The notes under the pieces: generated by a model | What the model saw: only the letters and a program-made list of their open reading frames with translations | The model's database searches: none | What the model was told of the DNA's origin: nothing | Made by a program: the position numbers and the translations under genes | Assembly: GCA_002633005.1 (NCBI GenBank) | Contig: NMRA01000073.1 | Coordinates: forward strand, 850,389-888,475 | Length of the DNA: 38,087 nucleotides | Reading direction: 5' to 3' | Source: Phoronis australis | Lineage: Eukaryota; Animalia; Phoronida | Part shown: positions 1 through 10,600 of the stretch, piece by piece | Numbering within the stretch: the first letter of the stretch is position 1 | How the letters are laid out: each line of letters starts with the position of its first letter

Positions 1-161
1 CCCCCCCCTCATTTTTTTCCAAGTTGGTTTACTTGGGGTTTACACACGCTGGTGGTGTCGTTTTTGTTTTGGTGACGACGTTTTTGTTTTTTTTTAATTT
101 TGGGTCCTGGCCCAAGGGGGGGGTTTAAACCCCCTGAACCCCCCCCGTAGATCCGCCTCTG
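1..161. mobile_element. Right part of a non-autonomous DNA transposon (MITE), terminus ...GATCCGCCTCTG
   Basis: Ends in gatccgcctctg, as does 8065-8174. Its internal sequence (cacgctgg..tgtcg..ttttaatt..ggg) resembles 27594-27693. The left end is outside the window. Confidence 0.7.
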
Positions 162-1318
162 ACTATGTGCCAAATTTAAAGTTATGGTCGTCTGTAGTTA
201 AGACCTTTGTTAAAACATGCCTCGGGAGTACTTGATTAAAAGCCGAATTAAATGTAGGTTTGTTATCAAAACTCGCTGACCGAATATACAAACTGGTAGC
301 CGTATAATTAGGCGAAGAGATAATCAAACCTTAGCGCTCCCCGCGGCACTGCATAGGTAACAGAAACATTTTAACATAATTCAATGGTACGTTGAATGAA
401 GCTTAATTTTTCTAATTCGCATTATTATATCAGTATCGGTTTTATTTAATTATAATAATTAAACTCAGTACGGGTTCTGAAAGATGTTGTACGAACAAAA
501 AGTGCCCTTTCTTCACTAAAAGTATCACGTGCGCACCACACCGGTAGAGACGAATCAGATAATAATTTGAAAATAGCAAATTGAAAAAATACGTCTCTGC
601 CATACAAAAATTCTGTCATGATAAAAATCGGTTATTCGATATTTAACGTTTAAAAAACTTCATATTAAGAAATTGCCTTTTACGTACAAAGCATAACTAA
701 TTTCCTTCTCGTGAACTGCATTTGCCATTAGTGAAATCATCATGAATTTTTGTTTGACTTCGATGATATACCAAGCAGATGAGTCATTTATTCATTTTAC
801 AATATGAACAATATGAAATTCGATGCAGCACAACGTCTGACCGTGAAGTGATGAAGGGTATGATGAACAGTGAAAGGGAAAATGTAAAACGATCGAATGC
901 ATTAATTTAACATGTAGGTGTCTAAATGTGCAAATTATATACATGCACGTATTTTGATACCCGAGAAAGGCGTTTCCTTGCGACCATTAAAATGATAAAA
1001 ACTTTTACTCGATTTGAACCTTTTCGGTTAACATTTCACCAAGACCAAAGGTGTTAACAAGAATAAATGTTTATCTGACACGCGATAGATCCGTACGTCG
1101 TCAACCCCTATCTGGTAGGTTAGCTGGGGTAGATAAGCAAAAATACCGAAACAAACGAGATGACGCGTGAGCCTGAACCCAGTTATCAAGCTAGAGGGCG
1201 CCACACATAATCTTTTGTAGTCGGTGTTTACATTTCTCCAATCAACAACTAAGATAAACACGAGATCATTGTACAACAATAATCATATAGTTTACGGGCA
1301 GTGTTAACCGTGTAGTGT

Positions 1319-1332
1319 GTATCCCGGGCTAC
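1319..1332. promoter_or_regulatory. Possible RFX X-box-like palindrome upstream of gene 1
   Basis: GTATCCCGGGCTAC is an imperfect palindrome resembling GTTGCCATGGCAAC, about 190 bp before the ATG. Confidence 0.3.
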
Positions 1333-1519
1333 CCACGGACATTCGTTGAAATCGAGAAGCAATTTGAAAGTTTTCTCGAAACCTATCGCCTTCGGACGAA
1401 ATTAATGGGTCGGATTGTCAAGCGCAGGTTATCACCCGAAAGAGTATCACAATGATTGGAACAGATAAATCTGAAGTGATCGTGGATTATCTAGCCCGAT
1501 CTTAAGCGGGCAATTGAAA

Positions 1520-1664
1520 ATGTCTAGCCTGCCGCCCCTAACGGGGCCGTTCAGCGCCCGGTCCCCGAGGGTTCAATCCCAAATGGAGCTGTCGCGTCCC
1601 TCAAGCACGTGCAGTAGCCGAAGCACGTTATCTCACAAGCCGCTAGGGGTAACCAGGTCCCAAG
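1520..1664 (+). CDS. Gene 1 exon 1 (MSSLPPLTGPFSARSPRVQSQMELSRPSSTCSSRSTLSHKPLGVTRSQ)
   Basis: aaaATG start, GC-rich open frame, strong donor AAG|gtgagt. Phase 1 matches exon 2. Confidence 0.7.
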
Positions 1665-4600
1665 GTGAGTGAAACGCGGAAAATAATTGTTTGTAACATC
1701 ATGAATAAATACATATACAATCAAGAAATTTTCTGGTGGTAACGGACAGATGACGAACGAGCATTGATTATGTTGTTAAGTTTAAACGTTTCACCGGTGT
1801 GAACGTTCATTAAACTGTTGGCTTACATACGGTTGTGTATCCATTTTTTCAAATAATGGGGAGAAATGATAAAACAATTTTGAAAAAATACAAATTGGAG
1901 TCACCATGTTGAACACTGTAACTGAGTCATAGTGTTTAAATATAATAATTCGTTAATATAAAAACGAAACGCTATCTTTTCAGCCAAATGCATTAGAAAC
2001 CACCAAAACACAAAAACTTTTGACTTCTCTTTGATAACCTATGTCAGTGCACTCGAATGATACCAATTTCTCAAATATAATATTTGACAACTAGATTCTA
2101 TCGGGAATAATTGCTAGAAGCCATTTGTGTCATTAAATAACTAAGCTAAGATTTGCATTCTTTCCGTATCATAAAAACATTAAAGCTTAGATGGTAAATG
2201 GCCATCAACTAAATCGTTCTGTGTTGTGTACAAGGTTTGGCCGCTTTGAAACCCGATGCGCGATTCTCGACGATGCCGACAGATCACGAGGACAAGCTAT
2301 TAGGATATTCTTCTTCGGATTACTTATAAAATCGTGCAAAACAGTATGCGGATATTCCATGTCATTTAATTCCGTTTTTGAAGGGAACCGAAACTGTAGG
2401 TTTTGACAAACTTTGCAATTCCACTCACTTTTCCATTTCCCTGATTTATTGGCTTCCAGTTCGATTCTCTTTCAAGTCACTTTTTAAAACTACACGTGAA
2501 ACGGGGAGTCACGGAGTTGACATCCCCACGTGACAACGTGAGAGAAGAAGTCCGTGTTCTCTCATTGTCCAGCGGTATTTACTAACATAATTTCTTTCAA
2601 AAAAGTCTTAATAGAGGAAACATATTCGTTGTATTTAACAGTACACTAGGCACACCAACAGTGCGTCACAGACTCCATTGCCCAAAACATCTTCATCAAC
2701 AATCACGTAGACCGGTCCTCATTGGTTGCCTCGAGCGTTTACCATGCCAAACGATTACCTGCCACTTATATGAACCACACTTCAGAATATTCAGATTACG
2801 TTATGATAGATCTACGAAAAACTCGGTGTTATTGTAAGCCTATTGAGATGCTTTCTCCAAAGAAACAGAATCATTACTCTATTGTGTTGTGAAGTGGGAG
2901 AAGTACATTGTGTGTAACGTGAAGATCATGTGTATATGATATTTACCGCTTCTTGCAAAACAAGTACTTAAATCTGTCAACCAGATGTGCACGCCTCAAA
3001 GGAAACTGATTCGTCCCTGCGTTATTATTGAAGACTGGTTATTAAAAGACTTCAATATTCGTTCGAGTTTTCAAATGTGAGTAACGTTTCACTGCGATAC
3101 GTGACAACATGACCTAGTCGTTAGGTATCAAACTTATAGCAGAAACTTGTGGTGCGGTATATCCTGGGTTATTATGTGCTGTACAGTTTGAGAAGAAAGC
3201 GTTGTAAGACGGAGGCCTTTTTGAAAGGTAACTTTATATAGCTGTCGCAATACACTAGCATTTGATAGCAATGTCACAGTCCATATCATGTTATTTCAGC
3301 CAAGATAAGCCAAGGTTGCACAGATAAGCCCCCAATAATCTTTGTATCAATACATTTGTTTATCGCTATGATATTATCGTGTTAGATTTACTAAATCAAC
3401 AACCATTAACAAAACTCTGTCGTTTAGGACAGCGATAGACATGCTTTCAAAAAGTCGTTGATCATATGAAATCAGATATTCGCAGTTTTTCAATAGGTTT
3501 TTAATTCTTAGATACCGCGACTTCCGAATTAGGCCTTGTTATTGACATGCCGAAGAAGATACCATATGTGACATCAAACAGCAACGTTGCAGATTTTCTT
3601 GTGCTGCTCCTTCAAAAACAGATTATTTCAAATTAACGCAACAATGCATCTTGTCAAACAAACCTTCCCCTTTTCCCTTTGTGTGACTGTGTTGCGGTCT
3701 TGGAACTAGCGTCGCGTTCACAAACCTGCCCTTTTTTTCCTATACGTGACTGTGTCGCGGTCTTGGAACCAGCGTCATGTTCACCGCTGTCCAATGTGCC
3801 ACCGGTGAGTCTGCTATTGTAATTCTCATGTCCTTCATTTTCGCACACAAAAAAATCCACAAGTACCATTTTTTCTATATCTCAAACCTGACTATGGTGA
3901 AGCAATATATTTACAAAGTCTGATTTGTGACAGAAAGATCAGTGAACACCATAAACTATGCGATTAACAGAACAATTTTTATCGATTTCCATTTTGTTCA
4001 GAAATTTGGCAAAGCAGAGTGCTGCGTCGTCCGCCATGATCGTGCCTGACAACCCTGGTGGAGAATTATTGCACTTTTGAAATTTTGTTTCTTTCACAAT
4101 ACACAAAATTAGGCGTACCTTTCACCAACGCACGGGAGCATCGCAAACAATACAAATTTTCATGACACGTATTCAAGCTGCAATATCTTATGTGAAAGTA
4201 TTGGACCTGAACCATTACAGTGTGACGTTACATTGAACCACTCTGTGATAATTAATAGCTCTTATAACGGAAATGCGTGGAAGTACGACGGACAGTTTAA
4301 TATTTTATTTCATCAGACACTTTGCATGCAATATTGGCTTCGACATTCGGAGCGATAATATTACGTCTTGACCGTATCTGTACCTTGTCAAGGGCAACTG
4401 TAGCCTTATAAAGCAGATACAATCATTCCTGACATTTCAATTCATAGATTTATTGAGATTTCAGGGCCCGAGGTCCAATCTTTGCACTCGAAAGTCGACT
4501 AGAAAATTGACCAATTGCATGGCACGCTTATAATCAACTTACAAATTTGTACTTGATTCATGATGCTGCGTCATTGGTTAGTTTCAAGTCTGAGTTCTGA

Positions 4601-7600
4601 GATCAAATCTTAAGCCCAGAAAACCAGCGCCTTGTGTCTCGTACGTCAGCAATGCACATTCTTTGACTTCAAAGAGCGATTTAAAGGTTCGTGTTTCCAA
4701 ATTTGTCGGGCGCGGACCAGAAACAATTATGGTTTTTGGTCAAATCACTTTTGAGTCAAATCCCAACGTTAGCGTCTTTAAGCGTTCAGTTTTTCAAAAT
4801 AGTTAAGTGTGAGCGTTAAATCACTCATGATTACTGGAGCGTAGAATTCGTTAAACAGCTTCGATATATTCCAGACGTCTCCTTAGCCGTGTTTTCCTAA
4901 TGATCTATGGGCATAATTATTAGCACTAATCCAGCAGATATCTATTATTTCTCACTTGTTCTCACAACAGTGTCGTATTGCGTATAAACAATAGTTTGAA
5001 TAATTAATCATAAGATACGTAACTCACAAACCAGGTTAATTGATTAAGAGAACGCTTTGATTGGGTTGATCACATTGTTCGATACGCATGTTTTTGTTCA
5101 CTAACAATTATCCACTTTGTAGTCGTATGTTATGCATACTCGGGATTTTCGAAAGAGCACCCCATTTTCATGAAGTTATTTTGAGTCCAAAAACCCCTAA
5201 TGAACTCCTTCGAAAAATCTGGCCAGCCTCCTTCGGAAACTAGCACATGTTTGATTTCGTAAGCAGTTTAGTCCAGGGACATATGTGTTGACTACTTGAA
5301 ATACTTCAAAAAGTTTTAATCATGAATTAATGATATCTTGGCCACATTTCTCTTGTGATCCGTGAAAGGCATGCAAAACCAGTCCGAACGAGCCCACATG
5401 GGGCTTTTTCGCACCTTGTTGGCAGGACCCATTGTTCGAAGAGGCTCTTTCAGAAATCCTAGGAGGAAACATTTTTTTTGTACCAAGGTCATAAAACATT
5501 GCGACGATGGCTTTAAATTATTTAAATTCCGTCAATATCAAAATTCCTGTAAAAGGAAAGCGATGGCTTCAGGGATTCAGAATATACACCACATGTTTAC
5601 TTGTATATTTCAGATCGCTTCTTCTATCCTTCGCCGCGAAGAGGAAGACCGGATTCTGGATTTTTACCTACTCTCCGTAGTGGATCTGTAAGTACTCATC
5701 ACCTGTGAGTTTCCAGAGGTGTTTTCATTTATAATAAATACCTCACCTCTATAAATAGCAATATGCATTATTAACGTATCAGTCACCATAGCTGTTTTAT
5801 TAAGATCACGTTTTGCACCACAAATCACGAATGATCCAAAGTGTTTAAAATTCAACGACGGTGACAACAATGATTTTGTTCGGTTGTACGAATTATAATT
5901 ATATAAACACGAGGGGTTAGACCTGTCCCGTTTGCTTTCACATTTCAGTAACATAACACTTATCATCTTTTCTAAAATGTATTGGTCTGTTTCGACCTAC
6001 CCTTTTTTACATTGTCACGAACGATGTTTTTGGGCGGCCATTTCTCCGACCATCTTCAGGTGTTACGGCGTTCGTAAGAACGAGTACGGGTATGGCAATC
6101 AACGATGAGCACTTTTTGGACTTTCTGTTGCGGCATGTGGGGCTTTTCGTCAGTCAGTCGGCTGGTCTGTTTCATGACAAGAAATTTATGACTTAAAGTC
6201 ATGGATCCGGTCTTACGTCCCCACTTCGCAGTTACTGAACAAAGATTCGGCTATGTAATTATTAGAGTATCATAGTCTAACAATAATTTATACCAATTTA
6301 TGTTAGTAACTATTGCAGTTATTAGTGTAATCTAAGAGAATGTGTAATTTTGCTAATTTGGATTTAGTATTTTTTGGAAAAAGTTGTGTGAAGCGTAAGA
6401 CTAAATTTCTGACTTCCATGAAACAGAATCCTCCTGACTAGTGCACTCTGGCCCCTCGAGTCATCATCACCTCCAGGGTGTTTTTTAGAAAGATGGGTTT
6501 TGCATGCGAATGTATAGCGTGCTTTTAATTTTGCGAGGGAAAAGTAGGCAGTCGTGGTGAAATTCATAAATTACGATTAAAGATTTCACGTAATGTATTT
6601 AGTGCACATCAATGACTGAGATTATGTATTAAATGCTGACATGATTTGATGGAAAAATTTGCGGGTTACCGCTAGCTGGATTTCACACTCTCCTGAAATT
6701 AAAAATTAAAACGGATGACTAATATTTCCAGGCGTAAGCTATGTTATCACTAGCAATGCGGTGGCAATGGTCCATTGAGGGGCCCCTATATCACAATTGT
6801 ACCGAACTGTTTGCATAATCGAAAACGGATCGTCTCACGCTTAGTTGAAGAACAACAAAACGCGCGGTTCAAGTCCCGGCTAATTACCGGAGATTCAACT
6901 CTCCTCGACGTTATCATTAACGGCTCAGAAAACACACTTGAATACAAGGCTTTCTAATACGTTTTCAATTGAAAGCGTTCTTATACTTTCATAACACACT
7001 ATCCTACAATTAGACATAATGCGTTTGTATAGACATGCATAGGATACGCCACTAGTTGTCGTGTAGTTAGCTTTTTAGTGAATTCTCAACAAAGGTATTT
7101 TTACAACACGCGACAAACGCTCACGCTCGAAGATTGTGTCCAGCAGTCTACGTCGATATGCCGCGAGGAGCAGACGGTGAAAGACTCTGTTTACTCAGGA
7201 TAAACACAGTTGTCTGTGCGTCTGTAGGATTGACAACAGTTGGGATTGCAAGTGACTACGAGATAATGGTCTGAGAAACGATAACGCGAAGCACATTTTT
7301 TTTTGCTTTTACGACATACACCTGGCCTGACAATGGGCCAAACGGTGGGTTTACAGCTACAAGTATTCAGTAAAGTGAAAATGTACGGCCCTTTTGGGCC
7401 CAGTGTCGACAATTTTTGCAAATGTTCGAGGATTAAACGTGACTCGTGAAAATGTCTTCTTTTTTAATTTCGGAACGATGCTCCTAAGCCTGCAGATCCA
7501 AAACCGACACCAGAGACGCAAATTCTAGAAATTGTTCACTGTAACCTGATTGAGCCTGAAAAGTGTTCGGTTTAACGAAACACAGTAAATGTTTCTTGAG

Positions 7601-10600
7601 TGCTTCAATGCAGATATTTTCACTATCATAACTACTAAAATGTTTTGTTGCAGGGATCGGTGTTATCACGGTACAGCGGCACATACCACACGTCACCCAG
7701 AATGGCATTAAAACGGGTAAGTTAACTCCACCAGTCATATCGTTCAGACTTACCATGCACTGGATAATGAGGGCTGGAATTTCATATAAAAAAACGTTGA
7801 AATGACAACCATGAATGTACATAACCTGTTTGACCGGGAGACTCATTTCACACAAATAGTGAAAATCCAAATCAAACGAATACCGTACCCGACTTCATCC
7901 TATTAACAGACATTAAAAACGACTTTCCATGATCCAGTTCCCTGAAGTTAATTAATTTTCTAACCCTCAATAACCCTCAACAGTTTTGAGCTACATTTGA
8001 AAACTCCTTACAAAATCTGCTAAACGGGAAGCGTGACATACGCCGTTAGGCGAGTTACACTACTCAGTGGCGGATTTAGAGGGGGGCCAAGGGGGCCATG
8101 CCCCCTAAAATTATCCCAGGATCCTGGCTAATACTCTGCCCTGCCCCCAACTCAAAATCCTGGATCCGCCTCTGCTACTGGTTCAAGGAATGACTACCCA
8201 CCGCCAGAACCAAAATATACAATGGATGACTCAGAGTGTATGAGTTTTTACTTGAATGTTGGGCTTTGATCACTCAAATGGGACAACAAAGATGTGCTAG
8301 CAAGAAACGGAACGAGAATTGGTTGAAATCATAAAAACTAGGATTAGTATCATTTAATTCTCAATATTGTGAAGCTGATGAGTGCGTGACCGTGTATTCG
8401 GCATGCTTTATCGGAGTGAACCCTGTTTGGCGGTACGTGTGTCGTGTTTCTAAGTGAACGTGTCCGTGGGCATCGTTTTTGGTGAATGAATCGTGTTTTG
8501 CGAGTCCAATCCCGTGTATTTTAATCAGTGAACGGTGTTTGCAGGTACGTGACTCGTGTTTTTGCGTCCGACACCGCCGGTATTTAGCACTCCATTAACC
8601 GTGTAGTTTAGGAGCCTTGTAAAAGTAGCATGTGATGGTCTTCGCGTCATACGTCATCAGCTGTGNTGAATGTTGGGCTTTGATCACTCAAATGGGACAA
8701 CAAAGATGTGCTAGCAAGAAACGGAACGAGAATTGGTTGAAATCATAAAAACTAGGATTAGCATAATTTAATTCACAATATTGTGAAGCTGATGAGTGCG
8801 TGACCGTGTATTCGGCATGCTTTATCGGAGTGAACCCTGTTTGGCGGTACGTGTGTCGTGTTTCTAAGTGAACGTGTCAATGGGCATCGTTTTTTAGTGA
8901 ATGAATCGTGTTTTGTGAGTCCGATCACGTGTATTTTAATCAGTGAACAGTGTTTGCAGGTACGTGACTCGTGTTTTTGCGTCCGACACCGCCGGTATTT
9001 AGCACTCCATTAACCCGCGTGTAGTTTAGGAGCCTTGTAAAAGTAGCATGTGATGGTCTTCGCGTCATACGTCATCAGCTGTGTTCAGATGATATCTCAT
9101 GTATTTCGATATCTGTTCCTTGCCGACACATTTTTGCTTGTATTACAGTAACGAAATGAAACAGTTTACTTGTAAACCTGCAGTGATTTTGAGCTCTTTC
9201 AAAATCCTTAATGATATGTCTCTATCAAGTGAGTAAGAGCACTGTTTCTGTGGATATGCTAAAACCCACCAGAGCTTGAGAGAAAGACTGCTTTTAAATA
9301 AAAAGGTTCCTGAAAGACAAATCAAACTGCGTTTTTTATGAATTTTATGTCCATATTAAACTAACCGGTCAACTGATAGACAGATCATCCAGGTATAAAC
9401 ACTGTAATATGTGGGGAATTTATATGTATTGAAAAACGCGAGCACAACACGATAACACAATTCCGAAGATCAGTTTACATAGTTTAGTTTCACGCATCTA
9501 ATAGAAATCCCCGAAAGGACAAAGTACTGGATAATCTCGGGAACAACTTGGGTTAGGGACATTGCGACTTATGGCATTCTATATCTCAAATGAAGTTGCC
9601 ATGTTCTAGTACGTCGTCAATGGAGAAATGTAAATAGTAATTCTGTGAACTTTTACATTCGTTTCGCGGCCTATGGACTAAATTTGCCTCGTAGAATACC
9701 TGATAACGCGAGATAAGAACGGAAATAAGGAAACCCGGTTACAGCGCCCACGAGTCCCTAGCAACGGGGCCTAAGGACTCCTTTCAGTGAATTCACCCAA
9801 TAAAAATAATGTCGTTTATTCACGCAAGTCAGCTCCTTACTATAGCGAGGTGGTTCTTAAATATTGTTGTCGTGTAAAGGTATTGTTGAACCAAGGCTCA
9901 GATTTTGTGCGCAACAATAACATTGAGCTTGCGGCCATATTGAATTCAAAAGACCAGACTGTATGTGAATGAAATAGGAAAGTAATGAAAACGTCTAACA
10001 CTTCGCTCTGTCAAGCGTACGTGAAATTGATATGAAAGGGTAGAATGCGTTTTAAGTAATATAAATATTTAGGACTTAAAAATATGAGAACGATTAATGT
10101 GTTTGCAAACCGTCTGTTGTCAATGTTCAGCAGTTCTCTTTTCAATGACTTTTTGGCTGTAAAATCGTCTATGTATAACGTTATTTGAAATTATAAATAC
10201 AGCGTTTAAAGTAAACACTTTGTCGACATCGAATGACTTCGATACGTATCGAAAGAATGAAGCAAGGTCTCTTATGTACGTGATTTTTTTCAGTAGTTTT
10301 CCGGTTCTCTTCAGTCTCTTACCCACAATGCTACAATACATGACCTTTGAAATTTGAATTTGAGCCTTAGAATGTAAGGTGTGTTGGGTTACTGGTTGCT
10401 GTTTATTTATAGCTATGACCAGTTCAACTGCACGAGTGTCGGGATATCATCCCCTGTGTTCTCTTCAAAAAGCTTTCGTTTATATACAAGATCAAAAGCC
10501 TGACGGAGGAAAAATACGTTCTAAAAGTTTTTGAGCTTCACCGTGTGCATCAAAAGTAATTAAAGCGGAGTTAAGAATATTTTATCATCAAAAACTTCAA

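Noticed and set aside
2985-3076. Exon-like segment (ccag| ... |gtgagt) in intron 1
   Set aside because: It has a stop in the phase required after exon 1, so it could only be a non-coding or alternative exon, with no support.
4002-4057. Good Kozak ccgccATG giving MIVPDNP in a phase compatible with exon 2
   Set aside because: The donor gtggag is poor, so an alternative start cannot be supported.
6876-6890. 15-mer CCCGGCTAATTACCG shared with 23080-23094
   Set aside because: Too short, with no extended similarity, to define an element.
7144-7176. Possible 33-nt phase 0-0 micro-exon (QSTSICREEQT)
   Set aside because: Weak polypyrimidine tract and donor (gtgaaa); the gene model does not need it.
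7484-7870. 128-aa minus-strand ORF and other 60-130 aa ORFs in introns
   Set aside because: No recognisable motifs or splice-consistent structure; lengths are compatible with chance given alternative start codons.
8380-8580. Semi-regular CGTGTTT repeats that might suggest a CRISPR-like array
   Set aside because: The units are degenerate with no constant repeat/unique spacer structure. The context is eukaryotic and there are no cas genes.
9695-9774. Frame reading YLITRDKNGNKETR, similar to gene 1 hairpin motifs
   Set aside because: Wrong phase relative to exon 2, and it reaches a stop with no donor.
10497-10538. Hammerhead-like string CTGACGGAGGAA..TTCTAAAAG
   Set aside because: Several core positions deviate and there is no valid stem III or cleavage triplet.
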